The notes beneath the pieces were generated by a model. The model was given only the letters and a program-made list of their open reading frames with translations. It was not told the DNA's origin and did no database searches. The position numbers and the translations under genes were made by a program. This document shows, one piece after another, positions 1-7,281 of a DNA stretch of 24,000 nucleotides. The stretch's first letter is position 1; the number at the start of each line of letters is the position of its first letter. Source of the DNA: Actinomycetota bacterium (GTDB taxonomy: Bacteria > Actinomycetota > Actinomycetes > Propionibacteriales > Propionibacteriaceae); assembly GCA_020161755.1 (NCBI GenBank), contig JAIUOS010000001.1:186633-210632 (forward strand), written 5' to 3'.

Positions 1-873
1 CCGGCCGAGGCCAAGGGTTTCCAGGCGAAGTACGGCTACGCCCTGGCGCCGGCCAAGACCTGGGACCAGTACCGGGACATCGCGGAGTGGTTCACCCGGG
101 CGGCCGGCAAGGACGCCGGCGGCAAGGCCCTCGAGCAGCCCCTGTACGGCGTCACGCTGGCCGGCAAGCGCCATGTCTCCACCGTGCTGGAGTGGATGAA
201 CTACTCCTGGACGTTCGGCGGAGCGATCTTCGACAGCTCCGGGAACGTCGCGATCAACTCACCGGCGAACGTGGCCTCCCTGGAGTACGAGAAGTCCCTC
301 ACCGCCTTCGCTCCTCCCGGGTTCACCTCCGCGACCTGGGACGAGATCACCGCGCAGTTGCAGCAGGGCACCGCGGCCCAGTCGATCACCTGGGGTGACA
401 CGGCGGGCGCCATGGAGGACCCCACGTCGTCGAAGGTCGTCGGCAAGATGGGGTACGCCAGCATTCCCGTGAAGAGCGACGGCGATACCCCCGAATCGCA
501 CCTGGGTAGCTGGACGTACACGATCAACGCCGCATCGAAGAACGCCGAGGCGAGCTACGAGTTCATGGCGTGGGCGCTGTCGAAGCCCGTCCAGCAGAAG
601 CTCGCCGAGGGCGGCGGCCTGCCCGCGCTGACGTCCGTGCTCACCGATGCCGGTCTGACGTCGAAGCTGCCGTACTGGAAGCAGATCTACACCAGCCTGA
701 CCCAGGCGAAGTCGCGTCCGCGCCTTCCGCAGTGGAGCGGCATCGCCGACTCGCTGGCCCTCGACCTGTCCCGGGCGCTGAGCGGGCAGGCGTCCCCGCA
801 GGAGGCGCTCGACTCCTCGCAGCAGAAGGTGACAGAGCTCATGGCCGGAGCGCTTCCGGTCACCTATCAGTGA
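1..873 (+). CDS. ABC transporter extracellular solute-binding protein (carbohydrate, family 1/CUT1), 5'-truncated by window edge
   Basis: Frame 1 is open from nt 1 (PAEAKGFQAKYGYALAPAKTWDQYRDIAEWF...) and continues into the listed ORF 184..873. The sequence is SBP-like and is followed immediately by MalF- and MalG-type permease genes. Confidence 0.8.
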   Translation, partial: PAEAKGFQAKYGYALAPAKTWDQYRDIAEWFTRAAGKDAGGKALEQPLYGVTLAGKRHVSTVLEWMNYSWTFGGAIFDSSGNVAINSPANVASLEYEKSLTAFAPPGFTSATWDEITAQLQQGTAAQSITWGDTAGAMEDPTSSKVVGKMGYASIPVKSDGDTPESHLGSWTYTINAASKNAEASYEFMAWALSKPVQQKLAEGGGLPALTSVLTDAGLTSKLPYWKQIYTSLTQAKSRPRLPQWSGIADSLALDLSRALSGQASPQEALDSSQQKVTELMAGALPVTYQ

Positions 874-916
874 CCCCTGCCGGACCGTTCGGCCTACCCT
901 CACGGAGAGAACCGCA

Positions 917-1867
917 ATGGGCATTCAAGCAAGCGTGGAGGTCGGTTCGGCGACCGCGGCACAACCGCGGACGCCGGGCCGTCGGCCCTCCCACCGGAAG
1001 CGGCGCGACTGGGCCGGGCTGGTCTTTCAGGCGCCGAGCCTGATCGTGCTCGCGGCCGTCGTGTTGTTCCCGCTGGCGTACAGCATCGACCTCAGCTTCC
1101 GCTCCTTCAGCCTGGTTGTTCCCGGAAGAACTGGTCAGTACATCGGCCTCGGGAACTACCAGAAGATGTTCCGGGACGGCGACTTCGGTCAGGCGCTGGC
1201 GACCACGCTCATCTTCATCGTGGTCGCCGTGACGCTCGAGACCGTTCTGGGTGTGGCGGCCGGCATGTTGCTGGACCGCCTGCGGCGCCTGAAGCGCCTG
1301 GTCACGTCGATCCTGCTCCTGCCGATGATCATCGCGCCGCTCGTGGTGGGCCTCGTCTTCAACTTCGCCCTCAACGCGCAGTTCGGCTATCTCACCTGGG
1401 CACTGCACGCGCTCGGTCTCCCCGGTGGTGATGGAGCCCTGAACTACGGCCCGACAGCACTGCTGGCCCTCATCCTCGTGGACGTGTGGGAGTGGGCCCC
1501 GTTCATGACCCTCATGGTCGCTGCCGGACTCAGCGCGCTGCCCAAGGAGCCGTTCGAGGCGGCGAGTGTGGACGGGGCAGGGCCGTGGCAGACATTCCAG
1601 ATGCTGACGCTACCCATGCTGCGGCCGGTGCTGGCGGTGGCCATCCTCTTCCGTGCCACCGAGGCGATCCGGGAGTTCGACAAGGTGTACGTGCTCACCG
1701 GGGGCGGGCCGGGCTCCTGGACGACCGTCAACGACCTGTACCAGTACCGGGTGAGCTTCGCGGAGTGGGACCTGAGCTACGGCGCAGCTCTCGGCCTCGT
1801 GACCTTCCTCGCCGTCCTCGTCCTCGCCATCAGCGCCTTTCGGATGCTGGCCCCCAAGGAGGTGTGA
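917..1867 (+). CDS. ABC sugar transporter permease (MalF/UgpA-type)
   Basis: 316-aa ORF with multiple hydrophobic TM segments and an EAA-loop-like motif FEAASVDGAGPWQTFQMLTLP. RBS GGAGAGA at 904..910, 6 nt before the ATG at 917. Confidence 0.85.
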   Translation: MGIQASVEVGSATAAQPRTPGRRPSHRKRRDWAGLVFQAPSLIVLAAVVLFPLAYSIDLSFRSFSLVVPGRTGQYIGLGNYQKMFRDGDFGQALATTLIFIVVAVTLETVLGVAAGMLLDRLRRLKRLVTSILLLPMIIAPLVVGLVFNFALNAQFGYLTWALHALGLPGGDGALNYGPTALLALILVDVWEWAPFMTLMVAAGLSALPKEPFEAASVDGAGPWQTFQMLTLPMLRPVLAVAILFRATEAIREFDKVYVLTGGGPGSWTTVNDLYQYRVSFAEWDLSYGAALGLVTFLAVLVLAISAFRMLAPKEV

Positions 1868-1872
1868 CCCAC

Positions 1873-2697
1873 ATGACCCGTCGCTGGAGAAGGATCCTGA
1901 TCGGAACGGTCGCGGCCGTCGTGATCGTGTTCTATATCTCGCCGCTGATCTGGCTCGTGCTGGCGTCGTTCAAGAATCGCGTGGACCTGTTCACCCCCAC
2001 ACCGACGCTGTTCTTCTCGCCCACGCTCGACAACTACGTCCAGGCGTTCGTCAGCAAGGGGTTCACGCGCAACCTGGTCAACTCGCTCGTGGTCTCGCTG
2101 TTCGCCAGCGCGATCGCGCTGGTTGTCGGCGTCCCGTCCGCCTACAGCCTGACGCGTCGGTCCGGGCGCCTGCTGGGCGCCTACCTGTTGGGGCTGCTCG
2201 CGGCCAGGCTCCTGCCGGCCATGGTCCTGGTCCTGCCGTTGTTCATCCTCGCGACCAAGCTCGGGATCTCGGGCACGTACGTCGCCGTGGTGGCCGCGCA
2301 CCTCACCTTCGCGATCCCGTTCACCGTCTGGATGATGCGCGGCTTCTTCATGGGCGTCCCCAAGTCGCTCGACGAGGCCGCCAGGATCGACGGTTGCGGG
2401 GAGTTCCAGGCGTTCTTCAAGATCGTGCTGCCGCTCACCAAGAACGGCCTGGTGGCGACCGCGATCTTCCTGGTCATCAACTCGTGGAACGAGTTCCTGT
2501 TCGGCCTGATCCTGACCAGCCGCGCGACCGCGACGATGCCCGTTGCGCTCCCGACGCTGCTGACGCCGATCGGGACGTTCTGGGGCCAGATCGCGGCGGT
2601 GGCCACGGTCACCGTGGTTCCGGTCGCCATCTTCGCCTTCGTCGTGCAGAAGCACATCGTCGCCGGAATGACGGGTGGCGCGTTGGCCGGTGAGTAG
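1873..2697 (+). CDS. ABC sugar transporter permease (MalG/UgpE-type)
   Basis: Lies within track ORF 1486..2697, but the upstream part of that ORF overlaps the previous gene out of frame. ATG at 1873 (MTRRWRRILIGTVAAV...) is preceded by AAGGAGG at 1856..1862. EAA motif DEAARIDGCGEFQAFFKIVLP. Confidence 0.85.
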   Translation: MTRRWRRILIGTVAAVVIVFYISPLIWLVLASFKNRVDLFTPTPTLFFSPTLDNYVQAFVSKGFTRNLVNSLVVSLFASAIALVVGVPSAYSLTRRSGRLLGAYLLGLLAARLLPAMVLVLPLFILATKLGISGTYVAVVAAHLTFAIPFTVWMMRGFFMGVPKSLDEAARIDGCGEFQAFFKIVLPLTKNGLVATAIFLVINSWNEFLFGLILTSRATATMPVALPTLLTPIGTFWGQIAAVATVTVVPVAIFAFVVQKHIVAGMTGGALAGE

Positions 2698-2721
2698 GGG
2701 CGGCGGCCGTGACTGGGGGCG

Positions 2722-3540
2722 TCAGCCCTTCACCGCTCCGCCGAGCAGGCCGGCGATGAACTGCTTCTGGAAGAACAGGAACACCAGCAGCAGCGGTAGC
2801 GTGGCGAGCAGCGAGCCGAGCATCAGGCCGGAGTAGTCCACCCGGGTGAGGCCGATCATGCGGTTCAGGGCCAGCGGGACGGTGTAGCTGGTCTCGGTGT
2901 TCAGCATCAGCAGCGGCCAGATGAACGCGTTCCACTGGCTCATGAAGGTGTAGATGACCAGGGCGGCCAGCTGGGGCAGCGCGACCGGCATCACGACCCG
3001 GTAGAACGTCCGCAGCTCACCGGCCCCGTCGATCCGCGCTGCCTCGACCAGCGAGTCGGGGAAGTCGAGGAAGGCCTGGCGCATCAGGAAGATGCCGAAC
3101 GCGTTGGCCAGGAACGGCAGGATCACCGCCTGGTAGGTGTCGATCCAGCCCATGCTCGCCATCATCTGGAACAGCGGCACCAGCAGCACCTGCATCGGGA
3201 TCATCATCGTCAGCAGCACCAGGCCGAGCAGCACCCCGCGTCCGCGGAACCGGAACTTGGCCAGCCCGTAGCCGGCCATCGCCGAGACGAGCGTGCTGAA
3301 CGCGGTGTAGACCACGGCGATCCCCAGCGAGTTCAGCATCACCCGGGCGAACGCGGTGCTCTCCTGGAGCCGGGCGAGGTTCTCCAGCAGCTGGCCGCCG
3401 GGCAGCCACGGCAGCGGGGTGGCGAACAGTTCGGACGTGGTGTGGGTGGACGCGATCGCCATCCACCAGAACGGCAGCAGGCTGGCCACCGCGCCCACGA
3501 CGAGCGCCAGGTAGGCCGCGGCCAGGCCGAGCCGCTTCAC
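2722..3540 (-). CDS. ABC sugar transporter permease (MalG-type)
   Basis: C-terminal 272 aa of track ORF 2722..4392. GTG at 3540 (VKRLGLAAAYLALVV...) overlaps the upstream stop as GTGA. EAA motif VEAARIDGAGELRTFYRVVMP. Start choice rests on the overlap and on where the hydrophobic segments begin. Confidence 0.8.
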   Translation of the reverse strand: MKRLGLAAAYLALVVGAVASLLPFWWMAIASTHTTSELFATPLPWLPGGQLLENLARLQESTAFARVMLNSLGIAVVYTAFSTLVSAMAGYGLAKFRFRGRGVLLGLVLLTMMIPMQVLLVPLFQMMASMGWIDTYQAVILPFLANAFGIFLMRQAFLDFPDSLVEAARIDGAGELRTFYRVVMPVALPQLAALVIYTFMSQWNAFIWPLLMLNTETSYTVPLALNRMIGLTRVDYSGLMLGSLLATLPLLLVFLFFQKQFIAGLLGGAVKG

Positions 3541-4472
3541 CGCGCGCTCCGTCGCGGACGCGCGTCCCGGTCGCGCGTGAACCAGAACTGCAACGCGGAC
3601 GCGATGGTGATGATCACCACGAGCAGCCAGGCGATCGCGCTGGCGTAGCCGAAGTCGAACTGCCGGAACGCGACCTTGTACAGGTACAGCACCGGGGTGA
3701 GCGTGGCGTTGTTCGGCCCACCGCCGGTGAGGATGAAGTTCTCGTCGAACAGCTGGAGTGCGCCGATTGTCGAGGTCACCGTGGTGAACACCAGTACGGC
3801 GCGCAGTTGCGGCACCACGACCCTGCTGAAGATCGCCCAGGCGCCGGCGCCGTCCACCCGCGCGGCCTCGTACTGCTCGGCCGGGATCGCCTGGAGCCCG
3901 GCGAGGATGATCACCATGTTGTAGCCGGTCCAGCGCCAGGTGATGGACGCGATCACCGCGACCTTCGCCCACACCTCGTTGTTCAGCCAGTCGACCGGCG
4001 CGATGCCGACCAGGCCCAGCAGCTGGTTGACCAGGCCGCCGTCGGTGGCGAGCATCACCCGGAACACCACCGAGTAGGCGACCAGGGTCGTCACCGCGGG
4101 CAGGAAGTAGGCCAGCCGGAACCCGGTGCGCCACTTCAGCCAGGACTGGTTCAGCACGTAGGCGATGCCGAGCGCCAGCGCGATCATCAGCGGCACCTGC
4201 ACCACCAGGATGATCCCGGCGTTCACCAGGGACTGGGCGACCAGCGGGTCCTCGGCCAGCCGGGCGTAGTTCGCCGTCCCGACCGGACGGGACACCCCGC
4301 CCTTGGTGCTGAAGAAGCTCTGGATCAGGGACGCGACCAGCGGGTAGGCGAAGAACAGGCCGAACAGTGCCAGCGCCGGCAGCGAGAACCACAGGCCCGG
4401 CCGGGCGAGCCGGCGGCCGAGGCGGGTGGATCCCCGCACCCGGCCGCCGGGCCGCGTCGCCGTCGCGGTCAT
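3537..4472 (-). CDS. ABC sugar transporter permease (MalF-type)
   Basis: Lies within track ORF 3537..5642. ATG at 4472 (MTATATRPGGRVRGSTRLGRRLARPGLWFSLPALALFGLFF...) overlaps the SBP stop as ATGA. EAA motif YEAARVDGAGAWAIFSRVVVP. Confidence 0.85.
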   Translation of the reverse strand: MTATATRPGGRVRGSTRLGRRLARPGLWFSLPALALFGLFFAYPLVASLIQSFFSTKGGVSRPVGTANYARLAEDPLVAQSLVNAGIILVVQVPLMIALALGIAYVLNQSWLKWRTGFRLAYFLPAVTTLVAYSVVFRVMLATDGGLVNQLLGLVGIAPVDWLNNEVWAKVAVIASITWRWTGYNMVIILAGLQAIPAEQYEAARVDGAGAWAIFSRVVVPQLRAVLVFTTVTSTIGALQLFDENFILTGGGPNNATLTPVLYLYKVAFRQFDFGYASAIAWLLVVIITIASALQFWFTRDRDARPRRSAR

Positions 4473-5782
4473 CAGCCTGCGATCTGCCGGCCCGTCGCGG
4501 TTGCGATCTGCTTCGCCGCGTCGTCCAGGACCGTCTTCGGGTCCTTGCCGTTCAGCACCGCCGCGACCACGGCGTTGCCGACGATGTCGGACGCCTTCGC
4601 CGCGTCGCTGGTGAAGTTCACCGGCGGGATCTTGCCGGTCTGCTCGGCGAACAGCTCGTAGACCTTCTGGCCACCGAAGTAGGCGGACGGCTCGGTGAAG
4701 ATCGGCTCCTTGAGCGCCGGCAGGTAGGACGGGAACAGGCCCTCGTTCTTCATCATCGAGGCCTGGTTCTTGGCGTCGGCCAGCACCCAGGCGGCGAAGT
4801 CGGCGGCCAGCGTCGGGTTCTTCGCCTGTGCGGGGACGGCGAGGTTGGAGCCGCCGTTGGCGGCCGTCCGGGCGCTGTCGCCGAATGCGGGCAGCGGCAC
4901 CACGCCGAACTTGCCGGAGAGTTCCTTCATCTCCCCCTCGAGCGTGCCGATCCACCACACCGCCTCGGGGTGGACGGCGGAGTCGCCGGCCTTGGTGGAG
5001 CTGACCCGGCCGTCCCAGCCCTTCACGTTCTTCAGCAGGCCCTCGTCGTGGATCTTCTTCAGCACGGTCAGCGCCTGCACGGCCTTGTCGCTGTTGACCG
5101 AGACGTTGCCCTGCTCGTCGAAGATCCAGGCGCCCTGCTGCTGCATGAGCATGCCGAAGGTGGCGCCGCTGGAGACGTCGATCGACATCAGGGTGTGGCC
5201 GGTGGCGGCCTTGATCTTCTTGCCGGCCTCGATCAGCGCGTCCCAGGTGGTCAGGGAGTTGGGGTCGACCCCGGCCTCCTTGAGGTAGTCGGAGCGGTAG
5301 TAGAGGGCCACCGTCCCGGAGTCCCACGGGACCATGTAGATGCCGCCGTCGGTGCCGGTCGCGGCAGCCCACTTGGACGGGTCGAAGTCGGTCTTCTTGT
5401 CGCCGATGACCTGGTCGAGCTTGACGAAGCCCTGCGGGAACTGGCCGAGGTAGCCGGACGCGTGGTCGGTCTCGATCGTGACCAGGTCGGGGAGCCCGCT
5501 GCCGGCCTGGAGGCCGACCGAGATCTTGTCGTAGGCGTTGTCGTAGCCGATGTCGACCACGTCGATCGTGGTGTCGGGGTGGCTCGACTGGTAGTCGGTG
5601 GCCAGGCGCTTGAGCGCGGTCGCGGCGACGTCCCACGACCACACCGTGATCGAGCCGGTGGGCTTGGCGGACGCGGTCACGGCCGGGGCGGTGGACGCCG
5701 CCGGGGCGGTGCCGCCCATCGCGCAGCCGGTCAGGGAGAGTGCGGTCGCTGCCGCCAGGGCGATGGCGATGCGTCGCTTCAT
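4472..5782 (-). CDS. ABC transporter sugar-binding lipoprotein
   Basis: Track ORF 4472..5797. I prefer the ATG at 5782 (MKRRIAIALAAATALSLTGC...) because AGGAGG lies 6-11 nt upstream and occupies the earlier in-frame ATG codons. Lipobox LSLTGC, family-1 SBP-like sequence. Confidence 0.85.
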   Translation of the reverse strand: MKRRIAIALAAATALSLTGCAMGGTAPAASTAPAVTASAKPTGSITVWSWDVAATALKRLATDYQSSHPDTTIDVVDIGYDNAYDKISVGLQAGSGLPDLVTIETDHASGYLGQFPQGFVKLDQVIGDKKTDFDPSKWAAATGTDGGIYMVPWDSGTVALYYRSDYLKEAGVDPNSLTTWDALIEAGKKIKAATGHTLMSIDVSSGATFGMLMQQQGAWIFDEQGNVSVNSDKAVQALTVLKKIHDEGLLKNVKGWDGRVSSTKAGDSAVHPEAVWWIGTLEGEMKELSGKFGVVPLPAFGDSARTAANGGSNLAVPAQAKNPTLAADFAAWVLADAKNQASMMKNEGLFPSYLPALKEPIFTEPSAYFGGQKVYELFAEQTGKIPPVNFTSDAAKASDIVGNAVVAAVLNGKDPKTVLDDAAKQIATATGRQIAG

Positions 5783-5809
5783 GGAAGACCTCCTCATTGA
5801 GTTCTCAAT

Positions 5810-5838
5810 ACTGTATTCAGAATACGGGGCGGCGTACA
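5810..5838 (-). promoter_or_regulatory. Putative promoter plus GntR-type operator (site 1) of the 5782..2722 importer operon
   Basis: Palindrome TGTATTCAGAATACG at 5812..5826, 30 nt upstream of the ATG at 5782. On the minus strand: TGTACG (5838..5833), 17 nt, TACAGT (5815..5810). The operator overlaps the spacer and the -10. Confidence 0.5.
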
Positions 5839-5875
5839 GGGGCGGCGGTCAGGTTCTTCGCCGGCCTGCTCTCCT

Positions 5876-5947
5876 GTCCGCTTCCCTCCCCCGTCCGCTT
5901 CCCTCCCCCCGTCCGCCTCCCTCCCCCGTCCGCTTCCCCCGGCCCCC
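5876..5947. repeat. Tandem repeat, about 4 copies of 17-18-bp unit GTCCGCTTCCCTCCCCC (C-rich on +, G-rich on -)
   Basis: Units read directly at 5876..5892, 5893..5910 and 5911..5927, with a degenerate copy at 5928..5947. Non-coding region between the importer promoter and the hairpin repeat. Confidence 0.8.
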
Positions 5948-5951
5948 GTGC

Positions 5952-6028
5952 AAACGCCCCCGAAGTTGACAAACGCCCCCGAAATTTCGGGGGCGTTTGT
6001 GAGTTTCGGGGGCGTTTGCGGGGGACGG
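5952..6028. repeat. 77-bp direct repeat, left copy. Two-tier hairpin built from 4 copies of CAAACGCCCCCGAA (2 direct, 2 inverted). Probable terminator downstream of the 6113..7039 gene.
   Basis: 74/77 identical to 7176..7252. Outer arms 5951..5964 and 6005..6018, inner perfect 15-bp arms 5970..5984 and 5985..5999. Lies 85 nt past the stop at 6113. Confidence 0.85.
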
Positions 6029-6043
6029 GTGACGGGCGGACGG

Positions 6044-6099
6044 GCGTGCCGGGCTGGGCCGGACGGACGACGAGCGTGCCGGACCGGGCCGGACGGACG
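6044..6099. repeat. Imperfect tandem repeat, 2 copies of GCGTGCCGGRCYGGGCCGGACGGACG (30-bp period), G-rich on +
   Basis: Copies at 6044..6069 and 6074..6099, 24/26 identical. Embedded in GGACGG-rich sequence from 6019 to 6112. Confidence 0.7.
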
Positions 6100-6112
6100 G
6101 GCGTCCGCGGGC

Positions 6113-7039
6113 TCAGAGCCGGACGAGGGGCACGGCGTGGCCGGTGATCCGCTCGGGACGGGCCTGGGCGAAGGCGCCGCGGACGCGGCGTCCCAGCTCG
6201 ACGGCGCGAAGGTCCGACCAGCCCCAGCGCACCACGATCCAGCCGGCGTCGCGCAGGAGCGCCTCGCGACGCCTCTCGCGCATCACCACCTCGGTGACCT
6301 CGTCGGACGGTCCGATGTACTTCACCCTGCCGTCGAACTCGCCCAGGACCCCGAGCCCGAGCCAGCCGAAGTCGGAGCGGGCCAGCCAGTTGCCGGCGGC
6401 GTCGTAGACGTTGAGCTGGAGTTCGGGCGCGGGCAGCCGGGCGTCCGACAGCCGGATGCGGCTGAGCGACTCCCCGACGCTCTCCGACCGTCCGTCGGCG
6501 AACGCGAGGACCGCCCGCGCCGTCCCCACGCCGGACCGTCCGCGCGCGAGGGCAAGAGCGTCCGCGATCGTGGCCCGGTCGGCACCCGCGTGCAGCGCGG
6601 CGTCCAGGATCGCCACCCCCTTCTCGTAGGGCAGCGTGCGTGCGAGGTCGAGGGCGGTGCGTTCGATCGTGGTCACGCGGAGCCCCTCGACCTCGGTGAC
6701 CTCGCCGGTGGTGAGGGGTGCCAGGCGCACCCGCAGGTGGGGCGCCGTCCGGCCGTGGCCGCCCGACTCGCGCGTGATCGACACCCGCTCCAGCATCCCG
6801 TCCCACAGCGGGAGCCCGTGGAGGACGGCCGCGCTCCCGTGGCTCAGCACCGCCGCTTCGCCGAGCAGCGTCCACGTCCCGGCGACGAGCTGGCGGTGCC
6901 GCGCGAGCGCATCCGTCCCGAGCTCGGTCGCGTACGCGCCATGCCGGACGCGGCCCAGCATCCCGGCTTTCGCCTGCCTCCGCAGCGCCTGGGGAGAGGT
7001 CCCCTGGTGCACGAGCTCCTGCGCCCTCGTCACGTCCAT
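6113..7039 (-). CDS. AbiEi-like wHTH domain / DUF559 (Vsr-like PD-(D/E)xK endonuclease-fold) fusion protein, function unknown
   Basis: Track ORF 6113..7168. I prefer the ATG at 7039 (MDVTRAQELVHQGTSPQALRRQAKAGMLGRVRHGAY...). The N-terminus resembles AbiEi_4-type antitoxin/regulator domains. The C-terminus (SDFGW...GEFDGRVKY...RERRREALLRDAGWIVVRW) resembles DUF559. The family call is from memory of these domains, not from a search. Confidence 0.6.
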   Translation of the reverse strand: MDVTRAQELVHQGTSPQALRRQAKAGMLGRVRHGAYATELGTDALARHRQLVAGTWTLLGEAAVLSHGSAAVLHGLPLWDGMLERVSITRESGGHGRTAPHLRVRLAPLTTGEVTEVEGLRVTTIERTALDLARTLPYEKGVAILDAALHAGADRATIADALALARGRSGVGTARAVLAFADGRSESVGESLSRIRLSDARLPAPELQLNVYDAAGNWLARSDFGWLGLGVLGEFDGRVKYIGPSDEVTEVVMRERRREALLRDAGWIVVRWGWSDLRAVELGRRVRGAFAQARPERITGHAVPLVRL

Positions 7040-7091
7040 GACCCCAGCCGACAGCTCCGCGCGAGGCCTGCGCAAGGGCTCGGACCAGACG

Positions 7092-7163
7092 GACAACACC
7101 TGCGGGCAAATTGACAACACCCTGTGAGTCGCCGGACAACACCTGGCCCCGCCGGACAACACC
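7092..7163. repeat. Four phased direct repeats (iterons) with core GACAACACC, upstream of the 7039 start
   Basis: Cores at 7092..7100, 7113..7121, 7135..7143 and 7155..7163, spaced 21, 22 and 20 bp. The last two copies share 14 nt, CGCCGGACAACACC (7130..7143 and 7150..7163). Confidence 0.8.
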
Positions 7164-7175
7164 GCCACCCCGCAG

Positions 7176-7252
7176 AAACGCCCCCGAAGTTGACAAACGC
7201 CCCCGAGATTTCAGGGGCGTTTGTCAGTTTCGGGGGCGTTTGCGGGGGACGG
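7176..7252. repeat. 77-bp direct repeat, right copy (hairpin slightly degenerate). Probable terminator downstream of the GntR gene.
   Basis: 74/77 identical to 5952..6028. The 3 differences (7207, 7213, 7225) weaken the inner stem and change the internal loop. Lies 30 nt past the GntR stop at 7282. Confidence 0.85.
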
Positions 7253-7281
7253 ACGGCTGCGGCCAGCAGGGCCGGAAGGAG

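Noticed and set aside
1486-2697. Long N-terminal extensions of track ORFs (1486.., ..4392, ..5642, 13029.., 14039.., 17501.., 18619.., 8903..).
   Set aside because: The extensions overlap the upstream gene in another frame and translate to Arg/Pro/Gly-rich junk. Internal ATG or GTG starts with an RBS or a 4-nt start/stop overlap give proteins of canonical length.
2698-2721. Terminator between the convergent permease genes.
   Set aside because: The only structure is a 4-bp TGAC/GTCA stem around TGGGGGC. That is too weak to call.
5951-6018. Possible CRISPR-like array, given the repeated CAAACGCCCCCGAA units.
   Set aside because: There are only two direct and two inverted copies per locus, with 4-5-nt spacers. 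The geometry is a nested hairpin rather than repeat-spacer units, and there are no cas genes.
6113-7039. Canonical AbiE (type IV) toxin-antitoxin or abortive-infection pair.
   Set aside because: No AbiEii-like nucleotidyltransferase gene lies adjacent. The AbiEi-like domain is instead fused to a DUF559-like domain, so calling it a defence system is not supported by this window alone.
5817-7196. 459-aa minus-strand ORF, and plus-strand ORFs 5948..7114 and 5740..6147, spanning the repeat region.
   Set aside because: They run straight through the hairpins and tandem repeats, encode Arg/Pro/Gly-rich sequence, and compete with the 6113..7039 frame, which has recognisable wHTH and DUF559-like domain features.
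5952-7252. Classical IS element or transposon, given the flanking repeats.
   Set aside because: The flanking repeats are direct rather than terminal inverted. No transposase, integrase or recombinase ORF is present in the window. I keep it as a repeat-bracketed cassette of unknown mechanism, reported as a finding.
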